Shown here in pieces: positions 12,900-25,407 of a DNA stretch of 64,000 bases. The stretch covers positions 83,576,001-83,640,000 of the forward strand of contig OZ296649.1 in NCBI GenBank assembly GCA_965655095.1. Reading direction: 5' to 3'. Every line of letters starts with the position of its first letter. Positions within the stretch are counted from its first letter, which is position 1. The DNA comes from Haplodiscus bocki. Lineage: Eukaryota. The position numbers and the translations under genes were made by a program. The notes beneath the pieces are model-generated. The model searched no databases. It had not been told where the DNA came from and saw nothing but the letters and a program-made list of their open reading frames with translations.

Positions 12900-15682
12900 T
12901 TTTTGACGTTCCTACAGTTAGCACATCCAGAGAGCAGACGCCATATACACGAATCTCTTTGGGTGATTTTAGGTTTGAAGTAAGTTTGGAACAGCTCGAG
13001 TAGTATTATCTTTTTATTGGTGTTCGAAAAAGATTTCCATTTTGAAATACTTTTTGCACATGTTCGACAATCAAGTTGCTAGTGATTTGATTTCTATTTG
13101 TACCAATCTCTGTGCTTTTTGCGGAGCTTTTCAAGTTAGTGTCCACTTTTCCGTTCATAATCTTTGCCAATAGCAAAATAACCTGGAGTTTTTGTTGTAG
13201 AGAGAGTGTCGGAATGCCAGTTTTCTGAACAAGTCCTTGTAGCTGATGAGTTTATGTTGAAGATCCACATTCCAGCCTTTATCTGAATAATTTCAAGCAC
13301 AAGAATAGTGGACTTGTTGGGTTTCCAAAGCGATGACTCGTACCTTAAGATGAGAACTACGTAGACAGCTGATGTAAGCGTTTCTATAATGAACGGAGTG
13401 GTGGCTGAGAGACTTTGCTTCAGAGAAAGCAAGGCATTGTGATGTCTACTAGCTCATTGTTTGGTATGGGCGCTCCATCAAAAGTCGTTAGGGACTATTT
13501 TACCAAAATCTTTGATACCCGTCGAAATTCCAAAAGTGAAATCAATCATTACCTATATAACACAACCTCAATATACTTTATTTTCGGTTAGGTTCATTGA
13601 CATTGGTTTTTCTGTACACCATTTTCAGTGTCTTTTAACGTCTATACCAAGAATAACTGGGTTGCTGCCAACATTTTTTGAAGTCATCTGCGTACCGGAT
13701 ACTCTTCTACATAACACGATCGCACAAATCATTTAGAAAAAAGTAAGAAGATAAGAGGCCCCAGTAAAGATCCTTGGGGTGCTCCACAGTGGACTTGTAG
13801 ACAACTGGACGTGGTATTCACAATTTTAACCGTTTGATATCTGCCCAAGAGGCAGTTTTCCAGCAGCTTTAGACTTAATTTTTGCACTTCTGGAAAACAA
13901 GGTGACTGACCTTGTCAAACGCTTTCTAGAAATCCACTTCTAATGATACCGAGTATTTACAACCGGGAGAGTCAAGACAAGTGAACACCCCGTGTTGATA
14001 CTCAACGAAGTTACTCCTTGCGGACTGTTGTCTTCGGAAGCCATGTTTAATCGGTGACAGGAGTCGGGACAGTGATGTATACAGTTTGTTGAGTTTTAGG
14101 TTTTCAAAAACTTTCAACAATTTGGAGAGAAGACTGATTGGTCGTGAGTTACAGATCAGTTGCCTATCTCCCTCTCTGATGATTGGCATTACCTCTGGTT
14201 TTTTTCAATTTTCAGCCAAATAGCAAATATCAGCATTTCTGTTGAAAATCAGGTCCAAATAAAACAATCAGAGACTCTGCTATGTTGCGTGGCAGCGCAT
14301 TGTCATTGCGGTTAGGACCTTTTGCTTTGTCGATGTCAAGGCTCAACAATCATCTCGTACTACAGATTGAGAGAAATGAATATTGTTTGTAAAAGTTTCG
14401 TTTTGGGTTCCGCAATCGGCTTGTTAGTCTGGACAGCTAGAGACGATCTGAAGAAGTTGGTTGAACAGCTCAACGTTTTCGCGTTTGCTTTCAGGTCTTC
14501 TTTCGTCAAGATTCTTTTCGCTGGGAATGGTGTCATTTTTCGGGATGCTGGTCAGAAACTTCTTCAGAGCTGGAAATCTCTCCTTGTTGCAAGAGTTCAG
14601 TTTCAAACTTTTGTTGGTGCTTTGATAGGGCAAATGATAGCTCCACTTGAGCGCATTCGATTTTCGCGAGGAACGAGGTCTTGGGATTTCTGCCATCTCT
14701 GGGCTAAAGGGCGCTCAACATCATGATTTGATGCGCGAATGAGGAAAAAACATGAAGCAGGTTCCAGACGGTGTTTGCTTTTCATGGGAACAAAATATTG
14801 CAATATTTCAAAGACCCAAGATTACCAAATATCAACAAACATCTATGTTGCTCACGCGGTAGGGTTTGAAAGGGTGTGCAATGATTAGCTTGTTTATCTC
14901 CGACCAATCCGGTTTTTGGAAGCAGAGTCTGGATAAGTCCTGGCGCTTCTCCGCATTTGCTGCTCTTTTGTCGACAGGGGTGATTTGTAGGCTCTTTTTA
15001 ACACTGTAAATCCATAAATCAGATGTGTGTGAACACTAAATCGGATTGTTAATGGAAACTGCAGCGGCTATTTGTGGCTAGTGGGACAGGATGATGTCAA
15101 GAGACCTCCCTGTTTCAGTTCTGATTTAATGTTCAAGATTCAGTGAAGCAAGTCCCTCAACGGAAACTTGCTCCTCGTGGCAACATGATGTTAAATTGTG
15201 CCACTCAGTGGAGACAAAATGATTTCCCCCGTCACCAATTTGACTTTAAATTTGAATTTGGCTTGTATCTTTTCCAAAAAAGAGACTTGACCGACCAGTT
15301 AGGTAACGGTACAACAAAAGGGGCTATTGCGCAGTGCGCTGCACATACCGCTTACAATGACAGGGTTTTTGGTTTAGATGCGAAAGAGAACACAGTCTAT
15401 AAAGTCGGATGCATTTTTTCAGGCGGGAATGATTTGGGTCACGGCAATTAGAGAACCGCCATGTTTTGTGTTTCCATTTTCGGTAGATCTATCTTTTCGA
15501 TAAATAGATCAGTTAGGCAGGAACAGGGCGGGGTTACTGATGTGCTCTATCAGCCACGCCTCTGTCAGACAAATGATTGCAAGATGCTTAGTTAAGACTT
15601 TATTGGAGAAGTTCAGTCTCGTTCGCTTTTCCAGTGGGCTTTCGATAATACGAACAAGGAAGTGGATTTTTATAGGTAGTCT
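12900..15682 (-). pseudogene. LINE-A ORF2 (apurinic endonuclease + reverse transcriptase), disrupted
   Basis: ORF fragments 15509-15721, 14424-14696 and 13926-14189 carry APE/RT motifs; many stops and frameshifts. Confidence 0.85.
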
Positions 15683-16553
15683 TTCGTCTTGGTCCTCGTG
15701 GGTTGCTTCCTCTGTCTTCACGGGGGACCATTTGTTCTAATTTTGGATTAGGAAGGCACAGGCACTCGAATGTTTTTTGTTTCCACTCCTTGACTGATTA
15801 ATTGCCATCTTCGAATGAGGGCTTTGTTTTTAAATTCAGGTTTTAAAATTGAAATCGCTCGGTTTTTAAACACACGTTGGCTGAAAGTCTTCAATTTGGT
15901 TGCGGACGATAGGAAAAGTCGTCGTTGCCACGAGGTTAGTTTTTTTGAGAACAATAGTGGCTGTTTTCTTGTCGTCATAATGTCTGAGTCTCACAATGAC
16001 AGTGAACGAAGTATCTACTTCAAGACGAACCAGCGCCTCTTTCGCTTCACAAACATCGTGTTTTTGAAGTTTTCTAATGCTTCTTTCTTTTGACGCAGGT
16101 TTTCCACGTTTTCTGACTCCGTTTATTTTTTCAGTCAGAGCATTTTGTTTTGCTCCTCGTGCTTCACAAGTGGTTTTACGGACGGTGCTGGGAGTTTTCT
16201 TGATAACAAGTTTTAGACTTAAATTGCTTTTACGGATCATTTTCTTCATATCAGTCACTTCCGTTTCGAAACTCTTCGTCGGCTTGCGTTCCTTTCCGCT
16301 TTCAGCTAAAATGTTAAGACTCTGATGGTGCATTTTTCTCACGCAGTCACTGCAGAGAAGTGCATTTTGGCCAAACACTTGAAAACCCATAAAAAAGCAA
16401 CTCAGGCAGACAAGTACAGTATTCTGAGAGCTGCACTGAGCAGATACAGGCAACACACTTGAAAGTGTTTTCTTGTTTCTTTAGTTTTCCGAGGCATGTT
16501 TTGCAACAATCGCCAATCAGCTTGATGCTGGACCTTCTGCCATGACTTTCCAT
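15683..16553 (-). pseudogene. LINE-A ORF1 with N-terminal PHD-type zinc finger, frameshifted
   Basis: CCKTC...FKCVAC...EYCTCL...ALLCSDC aligns with LINE-B ORF1 CKTC...FCCVGC...HLTTEC...MLMCNTC. Confidence 0.75.
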
Positions 16554-16741
16554 TTTTAATAAAAGAATCTGAGCCTGGGACTAAACGAACACTCTCTAGC
16601 AAAGGACAGAGAAAAGAAAGACAATTTGAAGGGCAAACGGAAGAGGCATCCGATCCAGAGACTCAAGAGACTCACCCAACTGTTTTGAGGATTTCGTTTC
16701 TCGGATTCACGGCATTTTGGATGCGTACTCCAACAAGTGCC

Positions 16742-17272
16742 TCAGGTTTTGAATAATCGCTGGATATCAGAGTGGTAGTGCAAAATTACACCCAAAGATC
16801 TTTTCTCTTAATCGTGTGACTGGTGAAGTTCGCGATACTTTTCCTAGATCGTTTCGTCCAAAGATTCCGTTTTACCAAAGATAATCGCCGTGACATCGAT
16901 GACACAAACTTTGAGCGATCGGAGTTCTTGAAATATACTTGGGGTACCTTCATGTTCACAATAGACAATGCAGAATATTTTCACATGGCTGCCAACTATA
17001 TGGAGCAGGCGATCGCTTGTTAAGGGTTTATTACCTGATCGTTCGGTGAGGAGTAATCGTGTTGTTAATCAGATCATGGCACAAGGTGATGTTGGATTTT
17101 TGCAGGGAGTTGGACTTCAGATGGCCAGTAACAATTTGTTTTTGACAACTGAAATGGGACTTAGACTGAGACCGGGCTCGGAGTCGACAGTTTCGAGAAG
17201 AGCTTCTCAAAGTACTGACGGAAGGGTATTAAGAGACTGGTGGAGCGAGCATGCTCTGACAATTTTCAACAT
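16742..17272 (-). pseudogene. LINE-A ORF0 (SGNH/esterase-like), disrupted
   Basis: Manual translation MLKIVRACSLHQ...EPGLSL...CHDLINNTI...IVYCEHEGTPSIF...KYRELHQ aligns motif by motif with LINE-B ORF0. Confidence 0.7.
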
Positions 17273-17489
17273 AAAAAGAGTGGAAGAAAAAGATAACTCT
17301 GAAGGTAAGTTAGAATAGACTTATCTGCGATTTCTAGTGTTGATGATGCTCGGGAAATGATCCGGTCCACACGCCCTTCCTTTGGTGAATGGGAGTGTCG
17401 GAGGACTGCTGTGACAACAGGGTTTGATAGTCTAGTGCCAGAGCAATGGGGACCATCACGGCTGCCCCAGATATTCATTATTTAACTGC

Positions 17490-18600
17490 AACTATTTGAT
17501 AATGTAAAAAGATCTAATCGACACGTTGGAAAATTATCTAATGGGTTAAGATCTAATGGAAATCATTTCAAATATGAGTTCTAATGGAATTAAATCTAAA
17601 GGAAAATGATCTATTTTATCAAAAGTTCCACAATCGGACATCCCAAAAGTCGAAAAAATATGAGAGCTCAGAATAAACGAGTTCTCGAATTTGTTCTTTA
17701 TCATTGATTTTATATAAATGCCCTGACCACGAAAATATCAAGATGTTACAAAAATTGACCAAGTGAAGCAAGTTTTAAAAAATGATCTAGCGCACCATCA
17801 AGAATAAAGCCCTGAACGGCTCAAAAATGACGTACGAATTCGTGTAAATCAACCGTTTGGCGTTTGGAAATTTCGACATACACTCAATTGTCGGTTATTT
17901 TTGTCTGTACACTTGGTTGAAATCATATTTGCGAATGGTTGGACAAGGTGGGTAATAGGGCTCTCATCCAGCCTGAGCACAAATGGTAATCATCGTCTTC
18001 CTCACAAAGTAGACAGTATGATCATGTTTATCTTCATAATCGAAATCAATGGGAGCAATATTCTCTTCTTTTCCGGCCTCCAACATTTCCATCATTTTGA
18101 AAGACCTTTCGGTGGCCGCATCGACGCAAATGAGTGATCCTGCGGTATTTATTCGTTCTGAGAGCTGTGCAAACTGTACCTGCAGTGTTTTTCATATCAC
18201 TCTCAACTTTTCAAGACTTTGGACAATACTGGTTCATATTGGTAATTAATTTTTAAATATAAGTGAATGTGTTGGATGAAAGCTGTGCCTTTGAAGCCAT
18301 TTCGCCATCGATGCCTTTTTGGTGTGGTGAAGGAATCGGCGGTGCTTTTTCATAAGGAAAGGTTTCAAGGGAAAAACTGACAACCTTAAGGTTTTGAACT
18401 CTTTTCTAAAGTTTGGCATTGTCACCAGGAAAACTCACAAAAAAATCACACAAATTGATTTTTCTGGATAACTTGTTATTCAACTGTAGATCTTATTCCT
18501 TTTGAGATCTTTTTCACTTAGATCTCATTCTAATTTAGATCTTATTCCACAGCTCAGCGTCTCAAATTTTTACATCTCGTTCAATTGTATCCTATTCTTC
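17490..18600 (-). mobile_element. Mutator (MULE)-like DNA transposon relic
   Basis: Inverted subterminal arrays (agatctaatgga-type at 17510-17615; ttcc..agatct-type at 18485-18550). A frameshifted - strand segment near 18240-18360 (HTKKGIDG.RNGFK...H..LY.KLI) resembles the MULE RTNNxxEGWHNxF motif. Confidence 0.4.
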
Positions 18601-18959
18601 AGATTTTCTTCACCCTCATGTTCATCACAACAATAAAGACTTTATAAAGTTGAGCCGGTTTTTTTCACCTTCACCACATGAACATGTCGATTCCCAAGTT
18701 GAACGAATTTTTACTGAAAGGTTTCCACCTGTTCGATGGACCATCGTTGAACCATCCCTGGCCAGAGATGAGCGCCATGGGATCGCCATGGCCATTAAGG
18801 GGCCTCCTGGGAATGTTATGACCATGGGTGAACTGCACTGGAGTCTCAGTACGGGTACGCCTTTTTTTGCAACAGTAACACAATTTATACCGGCTTTTTT
18901 TGTAAGATATCGGCGTGGATAGTGGCTTTTTGTTGGAACTAGAGGGGGACAACCTCAAT

Positions 18960-19093
18960 TTTCAGGAGAATTTCTACGACAAGGGCGCATCGGTGGCTCT
19001 TAGAAGACTGGCGGCGGTATCAGCGGAATAACCGGCGATCTTAGAAAAATAACGGCGAATCTCAAAAAGTTTCGACCTGGGCTGAAGACGGGA
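18960..19093 (+). repeat. Dispersed repeat, same family as 11673-11990 (copy 2)
   Basis: aatttctacgac... and cttagaaaaataacggcg units. Confidence 0.4.
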
Positions 19094-19263
19094 GACAAAA
19101 ATATTATGAACAATGAAAACACACCCAGGAATCTTTTCTTAAAAGTAGGAAAAGACACTTGTTTCCGAGTGCTTAAAGCTTTTTGGGGTATCGTAGTTAG
19201 AACAGTGGTACTAAGTTGAGTATCTTTCCTGTATCCTAGCTACAAAAGGTCAATAGTTTGAGA

Positions 19264-21206
19264 CAGGGTTGGGCTGTTTTAAAACAATGTTTTAAAACAG
19301 TGCGATAAAAAACGTTTTAAAACAGCCATAAAAAACATTTGTTTTTTATTTGTTTTTTATATAAAAAACATTGAGGAACATATATACTCCTGACACATTT
19401 TTCAGATGCAATGGGAAGGAACAAGCACGAGATTTGGGCATTTTTCTCCGAAAAAACAAATGACGACGGAAGTCCACGAGCCGAATGCGACCAGTGCGGG
19501 CACAACATGGTACCACTGGTGGCAAGAATGAAGGTTCATCATCAACACTGCTCAAGAGCGCACTCGACGCCCACCCTGAGCCAATCAACTGAGACGTACT
19601 CAACTCCTGACACTACGGAGCCTCCTGCTAAGGCGCTAAGACAGGGAACGTTGGGCTTTGGATCAACAAGCTCAAGCATGCAACATCAGTTGGACTTACA
19701 ATTTACCCGATACATCATATCTTCCAACACGCCATTCCTGCAGGCAGAAAACAGACAATTGGGAAAACTGTTCGATATGCTGCGTCCAGGATCAAAGGTG
19801 CCTTCCCGCAAACGGGTTGCTGGTCAGCTGCTAGAAGAGGTGTATGCTGAAGAGAAGCAGAAGGTAGTGAAGCTACTGAAGGACGCGAATGTTACCCTTG
19901 CTTTGGATGGATGGTCCACCCTTCAAAATGAGCCAATTATTGGAGTGTCCATAAGTGTAAATGGATCGTGCTACTTGGTGAACACCATTGACACAAGCGG
20001 AAAATCCCATGACTCGGATTACCTAACGGAGCTTTTGAAAGAAGAAAAATTGAAAGTTGAAAAAGAGTTTGAGGTTCATGTAACATCGATTGTGACGGAC
20101 AATGCAGCCAACATGGCATCAATGCGTCGGCAAATCACAAGTGAGGAAAGTGTCATTCTCCATTGCTACGGGTGTAACGCGCATATTGGTAATTTACTTG
20201 CCAAAGATATCATTTCTGCTGCGGAGTATAAAGCCCCAATTGGAAAAATTGTACAGGTGTTGAAACATTTTCGTAATCGTCACCAAGAATCTGGCCAATT
20301 GAAGGAAAAGAACGTTCCACGACCACCATTGCCTATTGAGACACGATGGAATTCAGTTTGTGAGTCTCTAGAGTATTTCATAACTCATTGGTCCGATTTA
20401 GCTTGCATTGTTAATTCGAATCTGAAGCCCTCGGAAAACGTTTACAAGTATATGGAGGACATTCTACTGAAGAGAGCGGCAACTGACATGGTGGAAGTTT
20501 TGAAGCCCATCAAAAACGCAATAAACAATTTCCAAAGAGAAGATTGCAATCTTGCTGAATGCTTTGAGATATGGAATGACATGAGAGGACAATTTCCAAC
20601 CCAGTTTCAATCTCATCTAACTAAAAGAGCTGATTTGGCAGTGCAGGATTGTATGCTTGCGGCAAATGTATTGGATCACAGATTTGGGGGAAAGAATCTA
20701 ATGCCTATTGAGCTAACAAGGGCCAAGGCTTTTATTAAAGGTCTTGATGCTTCGGTTACCGCAGAGCTAACCCAATATCTTGCGAAGGAACCACCTTATT
20801 GCGAAGATTTGTTTGACGAGACTCAGCAAGACGTGCGGCCAGCTGCTTGGTGGAAGTGTGGACAACGACTTGGATTTGATTCGAAACTTATTGCGGTTTC
20901 CTTGCCACTGGTCACAGCCACAGGGGCATCTGCTGGAATTGAGCGTCAGTTTTCCACCCTTGGAATGACATACGGCAAGCTGAGAAATCAGCTGGGACAT
21001 GAAAAAGCAGCTAAACTTGCCTTTATGTATCGCCAGTTAAACAAAAAATAGATTTTCTTCAATTTTAATTGAAGTTTTTTGAAACAAATGTATTTTCACG
21101 CCAGAAAATAATAAAAAACAATAAAAAACATAAAAAACATGTTTTTTTGCATAAAAAACTGTTTGTTTGTTTTTTTCGATAAAAAACAGTCAATCGACCA
21201 ACCCTG
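19264..21206 (+). mobile_element. Autonomous hAT DNA transposon
   Basis: 9-bp TIRs CAGGGTTGG (19264) / CCAACCCTG (ends 21206); perfect 8-bp TSD GTTTGAGA (19256-19263 and 21207-21214); AAAACA/TGTTTT subterminal repeats; intact transposase. Confidence 0.97.
19411..21051 (+). CDS. hAT-family transposase, 546 aa, intact
   Basis: BED-type zinc finger (W..F..C-x2-C..H..C); catalytic D (LALDGWS), D (IVTDNAANM), CxxH (CNAH), RW (TRWNS), WW and E (IERQFS) in the C-terminal dimerisation region. Confidence 0.95.
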   Translation: MGRNKHEIWAFFSEKTNDDGSPRAECDQCGHNMVPLVARMKVHHQHCSRAHSTPTLSQSTETYSTPDTTEPPAKALRQGTLGFGSTSSSMQHQLDLQFTRYIISSNTPFLQAENRQLGKLFDMLRPGSKVPSRKRVAGQLLEEVYAEEKQKVVKLLKDANVTLALDGWSTLQNEPIIGVSISVNGSCYLVNTIDTSGKSHDSDYLTELLKEEKLKVEKEFEVHVTSIVTDNAANMASMRRQITSEESVILHCYGCNAHIGNLLAKDIISAAEYKAPIGKIVQVLKHFRNRHQESGQLKEKNVPRPPLPIETRWNSVCESLEYFITHWSDLACIVNSNLKPSENVYKYMEDILLKRAATDMVEVLKPIKNAINNFQREDCNLAECFEIWNDMRGQFPTQFQSHLTKRADLAVQDCMLAANVLDHRFGGKNLMPIELTRAKAFIKGLDASVTAELTQYLAKEPPYCEDLFDETQQDVRPAAWWKCGQRLGFDSKLIAVSLPLVTATGASAGIERQFSTLGMTYGKLRNQLGHEKAAKLAFMYRQLNKK

Positions 21207-22556
21207 GTTTGAGAACGAAATCGGTACACATCAAAAACTTCTCAAAATAAGTACTACTTAATAAGTTTATCAGAAATAAAATGTTAGCTTAAATGCTGTA
21301 AACAGGACAGTTCTTGGGAGATGATTTTATGAACGAAGCCACAAACATCTTTGAGTGGAAGCCGGCTTTCAGCGTTCTCGACTGCACCACCAACTTCTCA
21401 TAGAAGTCTTACTTAATATCCATGAAACAAGAGCATGTTTTATCAACAGCGGAAAATATTTCATTTGTATCTTGCTGGTAAAAACTTACCAACGATGTGT
21501 GTATGGTGGCCTTAGAAGACAATTGCTAGAGATTACTAGTCAGTGTAGACTTTAAGGACAAACTCGCCAACTTTTAATTGTTGATTTGTTCATTATCGAC
21601 ATGATCAAAAATCATCTTCTAGAAAAGTCATCAAAACAACCAGAAGGTGCTTTTTCTACACACAACTCCATTTTCAGAAACAAACTGAATCACAACCTCC
21701 TCAAACGTTTTGTGGCTACTGTGAACGTTAACGTGTTAGAGCCCACAAAAGAAACTGGCACGTCTAATAGGAAGCAAACGACATTCCATTAGAAGGAACA
21801 CATCCAAGTTAGTATGGTAATTCTTTTTCAATGTGAAACTCGACCGGTTGTTAAGGACAAAATGAAGACTACGATGACTGTGTTTGATGACGACGTCCCT
21901 GTCCCTTTGTTGAAACTTCATCTTTTCGTCTTTATCCAGTATTTCCATCAATCGGAGTGACGTTAAGGTTCTTTTCTCTTTGGAAAGTGTTTCGCATTAC
22001 ACCTGTTCAGAAGGACGGTCTGAAAAACAATAATGAGAACTATCGTCCCATCAGCCTTTTACCTAAAGTTTCTATAGTTGAACGTATTCCTTTTGATTAC
22101 ATTGTTTCAAACGCCAAATACAGACTGAATCCTAAACAATTTGTTTATCAAACTAAGCGTGGGGCTTTGCTGCAACTTTTCGACTGCCTTGAAACTATAC
22201 ACCTTCAACAATACGGTGTCCTGTTCGATTCATTGTTGTGTACCTCGACATTGCTAACGCTTTTTATAAAGTGCTTCACAATGTTTTAATCAAGAAGCTC
22301 TTTTCCTTTGTTTTTGACAATTTCTCCTTTTTAAAGACCTCCCATTTAAATGGTAGTTCAAAGCAAGTTTCAAGTCGTAAACAACTTCAACTCCACTGGA
22401 CGTCCTGAGTGGTGTGCCACAAGGCCCAGCTACTGGTAATCTTCTCATTCTAATATTTTTTAATTGCGTTCCTTCGATCTTCCTTGATGCTACTGCATGG
22501 CTGTTTGCTGATGATTCTAAGCTTCTCTTCTATACAGTCAACTTTCAAGATGATCT

Positions 22557-22656
22557 TGTTGAACTTGTACCTCATGTAAATACTGTATTATTTCAGATAT
22601 AGTGTTTGTCGGTGGGGTTTCACAATATACATCTTAACATTACCAGTGTTTTTACA
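22557..22656 (+). repeat. Copia 5' LTR (100 bp)
   Basis: tgttgaacttgtacc...gtttttaca; 2 substitutions relative to the 3' LTR. Confidence 0.95.
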
Positions 22657-22669
22657 TGGTAGCAGGAGC
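22657..22669 (+). promoter_or_regulatory. Primer-binding site (initiator tRNA-Met type)
   Basis: TGGTAGCAGGAGC directly after the 5' LTR, close to the GalEa-type PBS TGGTAGCAGAGC. Confidence 0.8.
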
Positions 22670-22674
22670 AGCAG

Positions 22675-23460
22675 ATGGCCCACAGCAGTTACAAAACCCC
22701 ACCGGCATGGGGACGGAAGACGGAAGTGGAAATGTGGGATGCCGTTACTGATTTGGCAAAAGAAAAAAAGGCTCCCGCTGTAGCTTTATCATTAACCGGT
22801 GCTAAGCGCGAGGCCGCTAGAGCTATCCCTTTAGCAGATTTGAAAGCCGAGACAGGCTTAAAGACGTTATTGGATAAATTAAAGTCTTTATTTGGACGAG
22901 ACCTTGTCGATGAAATGTTTCATGATTTTGAAATGTTTGAAAAACTTCGTCGTGGAAACAAGCCAATTACTGAGTATATCACTTTATTTGATTCTTTGTA
23001 CCAGAAATTAGTTAAACACAAGTTAGTGCTTCCTCCTGCAGTTTTGGCCTGCAAGTTGCTTTCTTGTTCTGATTTGGATGAGCGGGACAAGAAATTGGCT
23101 TTATCTGCTACTCCACAGTTGACTTATGAAGAAATGAAATCTAGGTTACGCAGGATTTTCTCTTCTTCCGTTGCGAGTGTGTCTGTTCCAAGTGACGCTA
23201 CTCAGATCATAAAGGAGGAGCCAGTGTTTGCATCCGCGCAGGGTGGGAGTTATACTTATCAACGTCCCAATACCAAATTCAGTGGTAAAAAAGGAAGTCG
23301 ACCAACTGGAACAAATCCTCTGAACAAGGATGGTCGAGTTTCTACATGTGCAGTTTGTGGTTCACGTTTCCATTAGGCTAACGCGTGTCCTGATAAAGAG
23401 AAATCGGCGCTTGTTTCTCAGGAGGCCGATGCAGAATCGAAGCAAGTTCGTGAAACTGAT
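22675..23460 (+). pseudogene. Copia gag, with a nonsense codon inside the zinc knuckle
   Basis: 233-aa ORF ending TNPLNKDGRVSTCAVCGSRFH*ANACP; a TAG (likely from TGG) splits C-x2-C-x4-H-x4-C. Confidence 0.88.
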
Positions 23461-23739
23461 GTTCGTGATGGCACAGCTTATATTAATTTGGCTTTCAACC
23501 GAATGTGAGTATCGGGAAAACACTGAAATTTGTTTCACGTGTACCAGACTTTGATGGCAGACGGATATCTGCCGTTGTAAAGAGCAGAGGTGGAAAAGCC
23601 ACTGTAAAGTATTCTGGTTGGTGGAACGTGATTTTTCAGTCTCCTCAAGAATTGGCTGGTCAGACTGATTGTGTCGATGTCTCCGCTTTAGATCAACTGG
23701 AATGTTGTTCAACTTATGCGGATAACAGCTTCATCACTA

Positions 23740-25114
23740 CTGTGGATGAATACAAAGATGCCAAACTGGACGAGCGAGCTAATTGGAAATCCAAAGCGGT
23801 TTATGAAGAAGTTGATGTTGGACAACCATTCGTGACGTGTCGTTGGGTTCTGACCAAAAAAACCGGATCGAAAGAAAGCGGGTTTGGTAGTCAGGGGCTT
23901 TGAAGACCCTAATTTAGACCAAGTCGTTAAAGATTCACCCACTTGCGCAAAAGACTCGTTGCGAGTTGTTATTTGGTTTTGTTCCTATATGCAGTGGATG
24001 TGTAACACTATGGACATACGTACGGCTTTCTTACAAGGTTGTGACTTCCGGAGAGATGTTTTTACCAAGCCTCCAACTGGTATTGCTCCTGTCAGTGTTC
24101 TTTGGAAACTGAAGAAGTGTATTTACGGTTTTGTTGACGCAGCGCGTCACTGGTATGACCGAGTTAAAAGTGAATTATTGAATGTCGGGTGTATCGTGTC
24201 AATGTATGATCCTTGTTTGTTTTACAAGAAAGATTCTCGGGGCAACGTGTACGGCTTGATAGCTACTCATGTGGATGATTTCTTATGGGCTGGAAATGCC
24301 TCGTTTAAGTGCGAGGTGATTGATAAGCTGAATGAAGTTTTTGATGTTCGCTCTAGTCAGAAAACTCCTTTTACCTATTTGGGGTTTGAGATTTCTCAAA
24401 CAGACAATTGTATCCGACTTGATTTGTCCGCCTATTTGTCGGATGTAGAAGAAGTCTCAGTCGATTTCCTTTCTGCCGACAAATTTCACATGCGTGATTT
24501 ACGTGCTGTACTTGGCAAACTTCAATGGATTGCCTGTCAAGTTCGACCTGATATTGCGTTTGCTGTTTCATCGTTATTATCATTTGCCGGTCAATGGCAA
24601 AGATGTCATTTCTTAGCTGCAAACAAAATCGTATGAAAGCTAAAGTTTTCATCGGGTTCTTCCTTGTGGGGGTACTCAAGCTGGTTATCTGGTATTCATT
24701 AATCAGCCTGGATGTAAACCTGCTTTACTCAGTTGGAGATCTCAGAAGCTCAGATGAGTCGTTCCCAGTACTTTATTTGCAGAAACTGTTGCCTGTTGTA
24801 ATGGAATCGAGGCAGCACTTGTTTGCCATGAATTGGTTCTCGAATTAACAACGCAAATGCTTAAGGTTAACGCTTATAGTGACAGTCGTTCTTTAGTGGA
24901 GAACATATATTCAACCAAAATACAAAAAGACAAAGGGTTGAGAGTCGAGATACCTTGTCTTCGGTCTCCTATTGATGTTGGGTCTGTTAATCGACTTTAT
25001 TGGGTACCGTCTGACAAAGAGGTTGCCGATTGTTTAACAAAGCTTTCAGCTCGTGCGTCTGACAATTTGATCAAGTTTCTTACTATTCCTTATGTTCCTG
25101 TTACTCTTGAATAA
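23740..25114 (+). pseudogene. Copia reverse transcriptase and RNase H remnant
   Basis: CRWVLTKK, VVRGFED, WKLKKCIYG..DAARHWY, HVDDFLWAG, GKLQWIACQVRPDIAF; YSDSRSL...EVADCLTK. Frameshifts and a deletion. Confidence 0.9.
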
Positions 25115-25307
25115 AGTATCTTATTGTTTTCGTTCGATATTCATTTCCTTGTTGCAACGTTTTGTTATACATTCTGGTTTGCGTGTTACTGGGTATTTGA
25201 TTATATACTTTGTATTACTGGATATCCCTTCTCCCGGGTTATTGTATCTCTGGAAACAAAGATGATGGCAACAAAAGATGAACAACAAAAACGGAAAATT
25301 AGCAGTA

Positions 25308-25407
25308 TGTTGTACTTGTACCTCATGTAAATACTGTATTATTTCAGATATAGTGATTGTCGGTGGGGTTTCACAATATACATCTTAACATTACCAGTGT
25401 TTTTACA
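25308..25407 (+). repeat. Copia 3' LTR (100 bp)
   Basis: tgttgtacttgtacc...gtttttaca followed by TSD gatct. Confidence 0.95.

Larger units (their letters stand above)
12780..17300 (-). mobile_element. Decayed CR1/L2-like non-LTR retrotransposon (LINE-A), three-ORF layout
   Basis: On the - strand: SGNH-like ORF0, PHD ORF1, APE motifs (IICLTEAWL, HGGSLIAV), RT motifs (RPISLLSKLLKVFE, DF*KAFDKVSH, PQGSLLGPL) and an (ATT)n tail. 5' boundary approximate. Confidence 0.85.
22557..25407 (+). mobile_element. Internally deleted Ty1/Copia LTR retrotransposon, GalEa-like
   Basis: TG...CA 100-bp LTRs; 5-bp TSD GATCT (22552-22556 and 25408-25412); PBS TGGTAGCAG; gag zinc knuckle; RT (LVVRGFE, SPT, DIRTAFLQG, HVDDF); RNase H end (ADCLTK). 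No protease or integrase core seen. Confidence 0.95.

Noticed and set aside
11673-19093. One large TIR element bounded by ctcccagtct / agacgggag
   Set aside because: The match is short and imperfect, no TSD was found, and the internal units at both ends are in direct orientation; treated as two copies of one repeat.
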